Shown: positions 7,918 through 16,796 of the stretch, in pieces | Layout of the letters: each line of letters opens with the position of its first letter | Position numbering within the stretch: position 1 is the first letter of the stretch | Assembly (NCBI GenBank): GCA_947311585.1 | Contig: CAMZLQ010000038.1 | Coordinates: 1 to 60,487, forward strand | DNA length: 60,487 nucleotides | Origin: an uncultured Alcanivoracaceae bacterium | GTDB lineage: Bacteria; Pseudomonadota; Gammaproteobacteria; Xanthomonadales; Marinicellaceae | Direction: 5' to 3' | Made by a program: the position numbers and the translations under genes | Notes under the pieces: model-generated | Database searches by the model: none | What the model saw: the letters and a program-made list of their open reading frames with translations, nothing else | What the model was told of the DNA's origin: nothing

Positions 7918-9709
7918 GATCTACTGTGTTCCATTTATTGATTTTAGGAATAATTTCTTTTTCTTTATTTTGAGTCTTGATGATTATTGAGTCAATACTT
8001 TTATCACCCACACCTATAATTAGGTCTTTAGAAACCTGAGATAGATAACTTTTTGTTGTAGAGTTGATGTATTTTCTTTCTCCATCCTTGAAAATCAATT
8101 GAACCTCAATGCCAACTACGGATTGATGAGCATGAAACTTTAGACCCACCCAATTTCCATGTTCAGACTCATTGATAAACAACTTAGGTGAACGAGCCAC
8201 TTGAGTAACAACAATATCTAAATCGCCATCGTTATCCACATCAGCATAGCTGGCGGCACGCCCAACTAAATCCAGTTGAGTTAAATCTCCAGCCTCCTCT
8301 ATAGGAACATAAGTCCGCTCACAATCCTCACCGCAATTCCAAAATAATTGACTTTTTTGAGCGTAATGTTGTGCCGCTTGCACTTTGTTTATATCATTTT
8401 CAACGTGTCCGTTAGTTTGAAAAAAGTCCAATCGTCCATCTAAATCATAATCAAAAAAGAACAAACCAAAACTGAGTGCTTGACGGGATTTTGGTCCAAC
8501 ACCTGTGATAACAGATTCATCAGTAAAAAAACCTAAATTTGAACGATTGACGTAAAAAGAAGTCATTTCATTTGCAAAATTACCTATTGTCACAGCCACA
8601 TCTTTATTGTTCTTATAATAAGCCGCGTCCAATCCCATTGCACCTGTTGACTTGCCACTGGCATTGTAGGCCAGCCCTATTTGAGCTCCTTGCTCTTTAA
8701 ATGTTTTGTCTTTTTGATTAATGAAAACAAAATTCTTAGTGGTGTCATTGGCAACAATGACATCTTCAAAACCGTCTTTATTAATATCCAAAAAGGTCAG
8801 TGCTAATGATTTTCCTTCAAACTCTCCGGTTGCAGGATTTTTAACCACTATTCCAGCTGTTTTGGTGACATCCAGAAACTTTCCACCACCTTGATTTTCA
8901 AATAAACAATTGTGTGTTCCAGGAAAATTACTTGGTGGGCCATAAGCGCGTCCTATTCCATCAATTTTATAATCCGCTGCCAAATCCAACTCTCTTGACC
9001 ATTGGACATAGTTAAGAACCATTAAATCTAAATCTCCATCATTGTCGTAATCAAAAAAACCACTGGAAGTACTCCACCCCTCTTGTGTGCAATCCAAAAC
9101 GGCTTGACTTTCAACAAATTGCTGACCCTTTTGGTTGATGTACAAATGATTCTGACCAACCGCAGCAATAAAAATATCGTCGTATCCATCATTATTGACA
9201 TCACCAATAGCAATCCCTGTTCCAAAAAAAGTTTTATTCAAACCCATTTTTTGACTCACATCAGTAAAATAGCCTTTGCCATCATTTTCATAGATATGTT
9301 GCGTTGGTGCCGGTGTTATGGTGTGGTTCCATTGCCAGTTGGTACCATTGGTAAAGACAATATCTTGATCACCATCGTTATCAAAATCGATAAAAGCAAC
9401 CCCTTGCCCCATGGTTTCGGGCAGCATTCGCTCTCCTGTTGCTCCATTTTCTGGAACAAACCCAATGCCACGTTGTTTGGCTTGTTCGACAAAAAGAGTT
9501 TTGGGTGGGTTGATGCGATGAATTAATTGTTCAGGAGCTTGATAAGCTTCTTCTACAATGCCTTGTTGTTTCTTTTCCCTAGTAAAATAATATACCAACC
9601 CGACAGTTATGAGTATCATGGCTGCAATTATTATCAATGAGCGCTTAAAAAAATCTGCAATCACAGCATCATTGGCTATCGGATGCTTTTGTGAATTTTT
9701 ATTCGTCAT
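7907..9709 (-). CDS. CRTAC1-family protein (FG-GAP/VCBS beta-propeller with UnbV/ASPIC C-terminal domain), N-terminally membrane anchored
   Basis: 600 aa with one N-terminal TM (LIIIAAMILITVGLVYYF). Six DxDxDG-type Ca-loop repeats: FDNDGDQD, VNNDGYDD, YDNDGDLD, INKDGFED, YDLDGRLD, VDNDGDLD. C-terminus NWVGLKF...VGIEVQLIFKDG...SYLSQ...IIGVGD matches the UnbV/ASPIC pattern. Confidence 0.8.
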   Translation of the reverse strand: MTNKNSQKHPIANDAVIADFFKRSLIIIAAMILITVGLVYYFTREKKQQGIVEEAYQAPEQLIHRINPPKTLFVEQAKQRGIGFVPENGATGERMLPETMGQGVAFIDFDNDGDQDIVFTNGTNWQWNHTITPAPTQHIYENDGKGYFTDVSQKMGLNKTFFGTGIAIGDVNNDGYDDIFIAAVGQNHLYINQKGQQFVESQAVLDCTQEGWSTSSGFFDYDNDGDLDLMVLNYVQWSRELDLAADYKIDGIGRAYGPPSNFPGTHNCLFENQGGGKFLDVTKTAGIVVKNPATGEFEGKSLALTFLDINKDGFEDVIVANDTTKNFVFINQKDKTFKEQGAQIGLAYNASGKSTGAMGLDAAYYKNNKDVAVTIGNFANEMTSFYVNRSNLGFFTDESVITGVGPKSRQALSFGLFFFDYDLDGRLDFFQTNGHVENDINKVQAAQHYAQKSQLFWNCGEDCERTYVPIEEAGDLTQLDLVGRAASYADVDNDGDLDIVVTQVARSPKLFINESEHGNWVGLKFHAHQSVVGIEVQLIFKDGERKYINSTTKSYLSQVSKDLIIGVGDKSIDSIIIKTQNKEKEIIPKINKWNTVDLDN

Positions 9710-9711
9710 GT

Positions 9712-12462
9712 TTATTCTTCTCTGATATTATTTTCTTTTATAAAGTTGTTTACTGAAATGGTATTCTCCAACCTATCCAATTCATAAATGGCAATCATTT
9801 CTGCTGCATGGTCTGCTGCTTTATTTTTTGCTCTGGCTTTAGCAATAACCGTATCGTGTGCATTATCATCCACTTTATGTTTGTCGTGTAAAGCTTTATG
9901 CTTTTGTGCTTCTTGCACTTCACCTAAAGCAGCATAAAGCTGGAACAAACCAAAATGGGCATCTGCCCACTCTGGATTCATTTCTAGCACTTCATTAAAT
10001 TTATCAATGGATTTTTGATATATAGTTTTTTGCTCTTGCCCTGAAAGCATTTTTGCTCTTTGAAATAAAGTTTGTGCATAGAGGGTGACAAATTTATAAT
10101 CTTTAGAAAAATCAAAATTGGCATCTTTTGCATTTTGAAACTCGGTTTTATAGACTCGCTCAAAACTATCTAAAGCTTTTTGTATAAAACCATTTTGCAA
10201 ATCTATAATCCCCGCAAAATAAGACAATTGCCAAGTATACCTAAAGTCTTGGACTTTGGCTGCTTGATTTAACGACTCTTGTGCTTCATCTAAGCGACCT
10301 TGTTGAAGATAGGTGCGAGTTAAATTTATCCACCCCTCTGCTCGTCCTAGCATCGCCACTTGCTTAAATGCTTTTTCCGCTTGTTTGTAAGCTTTTTGAC
10401 GTAATAAACCAATACCATAATCATTCCAACGTTTCCAATCACTCACAACTGGGATACTTGTACTAGCATCTGATTTTATAGATATATTTTGTACATCTCT
10501 GGCTAAAGTCAATATAGGCAAATCATTAAACTTAGTCTCATCTTCAGTAAAGAAACGGTAGTAAGTGGTATCAAACTTCCGATAAAGAACTTGCGTTTCT
10601 AGAGTGATTTCACCAGTTAATTCAGCTGGGATTTCTAAAGAGTAATGAACGACAGTTGCTGCACCTGGTGGAATTCCATGGTTGTATAATGCGGTAAAAA
10701 TGTCTTCACCATTACGTTTATCAATCCGATTTCCATTTTTATCCAAAACCCATGTGTTGATGAAATAAGACCAATCATCGACTTGACCTTCGGAATTTAT
10801 ACCGCCATTTGCCGCTATTCTTTTACCGTTATGATAGACGTTAAACTCAACCCAGACTTGATTTGAATCAGCCGTGCCTTGAGTAAAAGCATGACCCAGT
10901 TTGACTGTTTTGATGACCGATTCAATCAAATACCGTTTACCAGGTTGCAATTCAACTTTGTCATTTAATGGAGCAATAAGCTCTCCTGTTAGTTCTCCTT
11001 GCTGTTTTATTCCAAATATATCCACTGACAATGAGCCTGGCAACAAGGCATTAACAGGGTCTGGTTTTAACTTGTTCAAGTAACGTATGCCAGAATTAGC
11101 CGCTTCAAAATAATGGCTATGAACCTGACCATTTCCACTAAATGATTCGGTAATTGCACCAAAATCATCAGAATCTTGTAGCGGCATGTGGCAATCAGCA
11201 CATTTTTCCTTGGCTTTGGGAGGGTAATAAAAGCTGGCGACAGCATGCCCTGATACCCCTGATAAAAAGAATGAGTCATAGTGATTTTGACCCCTAAGCC
11301 ATTTATAATGGTTCAATGCTTTTGGCAAGGCCACTTTATGGCAAACACTGCAAAACTCAGCCTTTTTATGCAGTGGTTTTAAATAAGATTTTTTATGAAA
11401 ATCAGGTTTTGCCTTAACCAATGTCTGATTAACCCATTGTAAAAAAGGCAACTCTGAATAAGTAAATGGGTATTGCTCTGGAATTGTTAAGGTATAAGAG
11501 CCATTACCCTTTATTGAGTTTATATCGGAAATAGCATGACAGGCTGTGCAGGTAATGCCCGCTTCTCCAATTTTGGTTCCAGAAAAGTCCTTATCCTTAT
11601 CGAATTCACCGCTAAACATGATAACAGGGTCATGACAAACCGCACAAAGCTTTGCTGCATCATGATTGCCATCGCGCTTCTGTAAAAACTTACGCGTGTT
11701 ATTTATCGCAAAAGAATAGGATTGGTTGTTAAAACTTGAAACTTTATGTACCGAATTCATCCACCCTTCATGCACATCAGCATGGCAATTTTTGCAGTAT
11801 TGGTTGTTATCTAAATCTTTTGGCTTAATGTGTTTATTAGTGCTGGTTTGGGCAAATGATGGGGCAAATAACGGATTCATCTCATCGTGTTTAATTTCCT
11901 TTGGCATCAATGTTTCTCTTTGCAAATACCCCAATCCAGCCAGTGTCACCACAGTCAATAATAGCGTTATTTTACTTGGTAACCACGACAGTTTTGGCCC
12001 TGCTAAACGGTGCATTACAAATAACCAAATAGCAACAAAAGGCAAGACAACATGCAACCAATAGGTTATTTGCCTGAGTTGAATATTTTTGATTTCAAAG
12101 AACGGAATTTCTCGTGTCAGCAACAGTCCAGAGAGCAACAACAATAAAGAAAAGACAAACAAGGCATAACCTGCCTTTATGGCTCTTTTATTCCTTCTGT
12201 TTTTGGTATTACCAATATGAATCCAACCATAAACAATCACTGGAACAATTAACAATAAACCAAGGACTAAGTGACTCAAAAACATATACAAATAGGTTTG
12301 ATCTTGCAAACTTGTATTAGTTATCCACTCGGCAAATGTTATCGTTGATAAATAAATAGAATTAATAACCAGTAGTGAAAATAAGATAAAAACAATTCTC
12401 AAGACTTGTTTTAACTTTGGACCCACTGCTTTTTTAGGTCTCTGTTTAATAATATGACTCAT
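9712..12462 (-). CDS. membrane-anchored pentahaem c-type cytochrome with C-terminal TPR repeats
   Basis: 916 aa. Five N-terminal TM helices (aa ~20-180). Five CXXCH motifs (CKNCH, CAVCH, CTACH, CSVCH, CADCH; DNA ~11188-11796). TPR-like helical repeats in aa ~655-860. Confidence 0.8.
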   Translation of the reverse strand: MSHIIKQRPKKAVGPKLKQVLRIVFILFSLLVINSIYLSTITFAEWITNTSLQDQTYLYMFLSHLVLGLLLIVPVIVYGWIHIGNTKNRRNKRAIKAGYALFVFSLLLLLSGLLLTREIPFFEIKNIQLRQITYWLHVVLPFVAIWLFVMHRLAGPKLSWLPSKITLLLTVVTLAGLGYLQRETLMPKEIKHDEMNPLFAPSFAQTSTNKHIKPKDLDNNQYCKNCHADVHEGWMNSVHKVSSFNNQSYSFAINNTRKFLQKRDGNHDAAKLCAVCHDPVIMFSGEFDKDKDFSGTKIGEAGITCTACHAISDINSIKGNGSYTLTIPEQYPFTYSELPFLQWVNQTLVKAKPDFHKKSYLKPLHKKAEFCSVCHKVALPKALNHYKWLRGQNHYDSFFLSGVSGHAVASFYYPPKAKEKCADCHMPLQDSDDFGAITESFSGNGQVHSHYFEAANSGIRYLNKLKPDPVNALLPGSLSVDIFGIKQQGELTGELIAPLNDKVELQPGKRYLIESVIKTVKLGHAFTQGTADSNQVWVEFNVYHNGKRIAANGGINSEGQVDDWSYFINTWVLDKNGNRIDKRNGEDIFTALYNHGIPPGAATVVHYSLEIPAELTGEITLETQVLYRKFDTTYYRFFTEDETKFNDLPILTLARDVQNISIKSDASTSIPVVSDWKRWNDYGIGLLRQKAYKQAEKAFKQVAMLGRAEGWINLTRTYLQQGRLDEAQESLNQAAKVQDFRYTWQLSYFAGIIDLQNGFIQKALDSFERVYKTEFQNAKDANFDFSKDYKFVTLYAQTLFQRAKMLSGQEQKTIYQKSIDKFNEVLEMNPEWADAHFGLFQLYAALGEVQEAQKHKALHDKHKVDDNAHDTVIAKARAKNKAADHAAEMIAIYELDRLENTISVNNFIKENNIREE

Positions 12463-12464
12463 AA

Positions 12465-15400
12465 TTACTTCCCAGCCTTAAATCTGCTGTTAAATTTACG
12501 GTTTAAGAACTGTGCTTGCTTTGAAATTTTTCCATTTTTAGGAATAGGAGTTAAAGTCTCCCCATTAAGGGTCAATATATCCATATCCTTTGCCCAGCCG
12601 ACAAATTTTAGCAGGTAAAAACGTGAAAAACCATTTTTTAACGCAGGTAAGTCATCAATAAAGGTAAATTTAATTGACTCACCAGCAGCTATTATTGCTA
12701 ACGCATTATCAGCTTGAGTAAGCAAAGGTTTTATCTCTCCCAATTGCGTATAACTCCCTTCCATATAACGCGTATCCCAAAACGGTTTAATACGGTTCAC
12801 GTTGTAGCTTGGAACTCTTTGTGCATTGTTTGTCCTTTGTGGGAAACCGTATACTTTAAGGGTTGCACTTTGCAGAGTTAGTTGGTGTTTTATTACAGAG
12901 TCAACCGCATGAGGAATAACTAAAGATAACTCATCAAAATAAACTTCCATATTGGTTCTTATGCGCAGTTTTCTGGTGTTTTTTGGAATATTGATGGCAA
13001 CTGAAGCAGCCCGAGGCATACCTGCAGGATAACCAAATTCTTTTAACAAAACAGTCCATTGACCATTGGCATAATATTCCAACGTTGGTGCTTGGGCAAT
13101 TTTTCCTGCTTGCCAGGCAGCAAACATAGTTTGAGAGTAGCCATATTCTACCCAACCATTCATTATAAACTGGTATTGACCAAACAAGTCTTGATTAAAT
13201 TCCATTGTAATAATTTGTTCGTCCACTAAACCTAAAAATCGTGAGTCCTTGTTTTCAATTTCAATTGCCCTTTTATCCGTAGTTGTTGCGGCATCCGTGA
13301 CATCAGTGCCACTCCGGTTTGTTACACGAAATGGCTTAATTTTGTTTTGGTATAAAATCAAATCACCTGTCACCTTTGGCAATGAAATTCCCATGCGTTC
13401 ATCAAGTAACACATGATAAGCATCGGGAACATCAACAACCTCTATTTGAAATTCATCTAAATACGCCGATTCTTCCATTGGCTCAGTAAATTGCAAGTTA
13501 AAGACACCATCTTTTGAGGACAGTTGTTCATTCGTTAGCAAATAATTTTCCCACGGTCTTGGGGTTCCATACTCATGTCTTCCAAGAGCAAAGCCGATAC
13601 CTCCAACACCCAAAACATCACTAATAAATTCATATTTGCCATTGTTCCATGCAAAGATTACTGGGCAACTTGACAATTGTCTTTGAGTTTCTGTAATTTT
13701 ATAGTATTTTGAAGTTTCTAAGCCTAATTCCGTTTGATAAACACCATCCGACCACTCCAAATCAATATAATCAATTGTTTTATCAATACCAGCAGCGAGA
13801 TTTATGGCTTGATAATCTTGGTCAACGCCCGTTAAATTGTGATAACTATTGCCAATGGCATAAAAACTTTGGTTTCGTAACGTTACTTGTGTTCCAATTC
13901 CTGAATAATTCGAGCGCACAGAATTGGCATCATCCTCCTTTCCTGATAAGTTTACTAATAAATAAGGCAACCTATTTTTACTGGCAGGAACATGAACCAG
14001 CTTTTTGTTTTGCAAAACTAACAACTCAGGTCCATGCACCGTATTCAACACTTTAATACCAGCAACTCCATTGAGCATAATTTGTTCCTGAACTTTACCC
14101 TCTGCATCAACAATTTTAATGCCTTGGTTACTGCTTAATAAATATTCTTTTTTACCACTGCCATTCACATCAACTTGTAAGAACTTGTTTGATTTCATAT
14201 TATTCAGGCTCTTTAATTTAGAATAATCCTTAATTTGTGAATCGAACTCTAATTGTGTTAAATTGCCATTCTTCGCTAATATGCTGATTTCAGGCACTCC
14301 ATTAGTGTTATTGTCGGCAAAAGTAATCGATTCTATTTGTGGTGTTATTTTTGAACTATAAATGACTTCATAATCCCACATGCGATTATTGAGTAAAGTC
14401 ACAAGCTTATCATCGCTTTGTAAAATAATATCGGCATCTCTATCGCTGTCTATATCTTGCACGAATATCCTTTTGTATCCCGCTTCAGGAGCAAGAAGGG
14501 TCTTTTTTGACAAAGCAGAAAAGCTGTCATTAAGGTTATTATTCCATAATTCAAACTTTCCTTGTTGTGATAACAGCAAAACATCCAAATCTCCGTCATG
14601 GTCTGCATCAGTTAACCGTATGGCTTTTGAACTCAACCCTCCTAAACCAAACGATTTCATATCAACCGGCTTAAATTTTCCCTCTTGTTGCAGGTACAAT
14701 TGATCCGATTCACCGGTAATATAAACATCTATTATATTATCGTTGTTGATATCACCCCAAGCAATCTGATGGATGCCATCCGTAAGTTCAATGCTTAATG
14801 CCTCTCGTTCAACCGCTTTACTCAAAAAGTTATCATACAAATGCAATGTATTGCCAGAAACCGTATAGAGTTGTGGCTTTTGTGTCTGCGACAAACTAAC
14901 CAATCCAAAGGCATCAATGTTTTGAAAAGCAAGAAATCGAGGCACCGCAAAATAGGGAGCAGCAACGTGCATCGAATATTTCTTTTCTTCGGTTTCATTC
15001 GAAAAAGCCATCGCCCTTGCCTTTGGACCCATGCGCGTGTATTTAATTTCGGCTAAACGCGCTTTTGGGTTACTTGCTAATTTTTGATAAGCTGCTAACA
15101 TTTCTTTAGCAATCATTGGCTTCTCAAGCCGTTGAGCTGCCATAAAAGCACCGTAATAAGCACTGCGCAAATAATTATCGGCTTTAATTGCTTGTTGATA
15201 TAAATCCAATGCAGCTTTGACTTTGCCATTTTGTATATTGCATTGCCCTGCAAAATACAGAGCGTAGGCATCTTTAGCATCATGTGCTATGACTTTTTCA
15301 AAACGAGGTAAGGCTTCATCACACAAACCTTGATTGAATTTTAAAATACCAACAATGTAATCAGCCACAAGATTTGATTGGTCAAGTGCGGATAAGTTAA

Positions 15401-15701
15401 TTGCTAACTGCAAAGCTTTGTCTTCATCACCTGGTTTTTGACGATTTAACAAGGCGATGGATAAATTTTGTTTGGCTAAATCCCAATCCTTAGCTCTTTG
15501 CACAAGTTCTTCAAAAGTAGTGGTGGCTTTAGCGTAGTCAAATGAACCCATTTCTCCCACACCTTGGTTGTTTAAGCTAATCAATTCTGAATCAATTTTA
15601 CTTTTAACCTCAAGATTGTTGTGGCTATTGTCTTGTTCAGTGCAGGCTGTTATTGCTAGGATTAATAGCAAAACAAATACATTCTTTTCACTTTTTTGCA
15701 T
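12465..15701 (-). CDS. large lipoprotein: TPR repeats + FG-GAP/VCBS repeats + UnbV/ASPIC-like segment + unassigned ~400-aa C-terminal region
   Basis: 1078 aa. Lipobox LAITAC (Cys20). TPR region aa ~40-215. FG-GAP-type loops DINNDNIID, DADHDGDLD, DIDSDRDAD, DVNGSGKKE. UnbV-like GIGTQVTL...IDYIDLEWSDG (aa ~600-652). Confidence 0.75.
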   Translation of the reverse strand: MQKSEKNVFVLLLILAITACTEQDNSHNNLEVKSKIDSELISLNNQGVGEMGSFDYAKATTTFEELVQRAKDWDLAKQNLSIALLNRQKPGDEDKALQLAINLSALDQSNLVADYIVGILKFNQGLCDEALPRFEKVIAHDAKDAYALYFAGQCNIQNGKVKAALDLYQQAIKADNYLRSAYYGAFMAAQRLEKPMIAKEMLAAYQKLASNPKARLAEIKYTRMGPKARAMAFSNETEEKKYSMHVAAPYFAVPRFLAFQNIDAFGLVSLSQTQKPQLYTVSGNTLHLYDNFLSKAVEREALSIELTDGIHQIAWGDINNDNIIDVYITGESDQLYLQQEGKFKPVDMKSFGLGGLSSKAIRLTDADHDGDLDVLLLSQQGKFELWNNNLNDSFSALSKKTLLAPEAGYKRIFVQDIDSDRDADIILQSDDKLVTLLNNRMWDYEVIYSSKITPQIESITFADNNTNGVPEISILAKNGNLTQLEFDSQIKDYSKLKSLNNMKSNKFLQVDVNGSGKKEYLLSSNQGIKIVDAEGKVQEQIMLNGVAGIKVLNTVHGPELLVLQNKKLVHVPASKNRLPYLLVNLSGKEDDANSVRSNYSGIGTQVTLRNQSFYAIGNSYHNLTGVDQDYQAINLAAGIDKTIDYIDLEWSDGVYQTELGLETSKYYKITETQRQLSSCPVIFAWNNGKYEFISDVLGVGGIGFALGRHEYGTPRPWENYLLTNEQLSSKDGVFNLQFTEPMEESAYLDEFQIEVVDVPDAYHVLLDERMGISLPKVTGDLILYQNKIKPFRVTNRSGTDVTDAATTTDKRAIEIENKDSRFLGLVDEQIITMEFNQDLFGQYQFIMNGWVEYGYSQTMFAAWQAGKIAQAPTLEYYANGQWTVLLKEFGYPAGMPRAASVAINIPKNTRKLRIRTNMEVYFDELSLVIPHAVDSVIKHQLTLQSATLKVYGFPQRTNNAQRVPSYNVNRIKPFWDTRYMEGSYTQLGEIKPLLTQADNALAIIAAGESIKFTFIDDLPALKNGFSRFYLLKFVGWAKDMDILTLNGETLTPIPKNGKISKQAQFLNRKFNSRFKAGK

Positions 15702-16665
15702 GTTTTATTCTTTCGTTTAAGGTTTCGATTGTTGGTATTGTAGATTCACTATCTAATTTGATGTTGCGTTGATAACCGTAAGCTTGTTGTCGGTAGTGAG
15801 CAATAGTATCATGACCTTGTCGGCGTTTTTTTTCTAATCTAATTGCTGCAATATCAATCGGAGCAACAACCACTTTCTCCCCTGAACTCTCACCTGCACT
15901 TGCCAAAATCCTCCCATCAAAATCAACAATCATAGAACCTCCTGGCCATGAAAAAGGGGGATAGTGTTGCATACTTGCTCCTTGATTTGCTGCCACAACA
16001 TAAACTGTGTTTTCTAATGCTCGTGTGCGATTGACTAATGACCACCATTCCATCGGGGCAGTGTTTCCCCATGGATCCATATAAGCAGAAACACGGTTAA
16101 TAACCTCAGCTCCTGCAAAAGCAATTTCACGTATGCACTCAGGAAATAGCCAGTCATAACAGATAGCCACACCTAGCTTTCCAATTTCAGTATCTGTAAC
16201 TGGAAACAAGGGCTCATGGTAATTGGACAAATCAGCAGGAGAAGTGTGAACTTCCCAAGGAATCCACGTATTTACTTTACGGTATTTTGACAATATCCCG
16301 CTAGGACCAATAAGCATTGTCGTATTAAATACATGCCCAGGGTATTGCTTATCCTTTTCTAAAAAACTGGCTGTCTGAATATAAATACCGTATTTTTGGC
16401 ATAATTCATGGTATTTGTCTGTGTAATTATTAGGTAATTCTACTGCCAATTTATCGTGAAGCTCTTTGGCTGTCCGATAGATAGGAACCTGATGCCCAAA
16501 TTCTGGCAACACAAAAAGCCTGACGTCAAAAAACGGCTCATACCCTAAAACGGTTTGTTCAATTATTGTGCACATCGCCTCACAACGATTTGCTATTTCG
16601 CTTCGAGATTGAGGTGCGGGAAAATCGGTTTGAATTGTGGCAGCGTAATATCTCATTTTATACAA
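15688..16665 (-). CDS. carbon-nitrogen hydrolase family protein (nitrilase/amidase superfamily)
   Basis: 325 aa with no signal peptide. Catalytic triad contexts VLPEFG (Glu), YRKVN (Lys), VAICYDWLFPE (Cys). Its 3' end overlaps the next gene's start by 14 nt. Confidence 0.85.
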   Translation of the reverse strand: MYKMRYYAATIQTDFPAPQSRSEIANRCEAMCTIIEQTVLGYEPFFDVRLFVLPEFGHQVPIYRTAKELHDKLAVELPNNYTDKYHELCQKYGIYIQTASFLEKDKQYPGHVFNTTMLIGPSGILSKYRKVNTWIPWEVHTSPADLSNYHEPLFPVTDTEIGKLGVAICYDWLFPECIREIAFAGAEVINRVSAYMDPWGNTAPMEWWSLVNRTRALENTVYVVAANQGASMQHYPPFSWPGGSMIVDFDGRILASAGESSGEKVVVAPIDIAAIRLEKKRRQGHDTIAHYRQQAYGYQRNIKLDSESTIPTIETLNERIKHAKK

Positions 16666-16681
16666 AGATTGATAAATTGTA

Positions 16682-16690
16682 ATTCTAGCA
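16682..16690 (-). promoter_or_regulatory. putative extended -10 promoter for the 16665->5077 operon
   Basis: The minus strand reads TGcTAGAAT, ending about 16 nt upstream of the ATG at 16665. No good -35. Pattern only. Confidence 0.3.
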
Positions 16691-16796
16691 TAGACTTGAG
16701 TATAGACACTAGAAAGAAAGCTTAATTTATTCTTTACTTTATCCCAAATTTCGATACGGAAATTTAATTACTTTACAACTGTATAATTAATCAACC

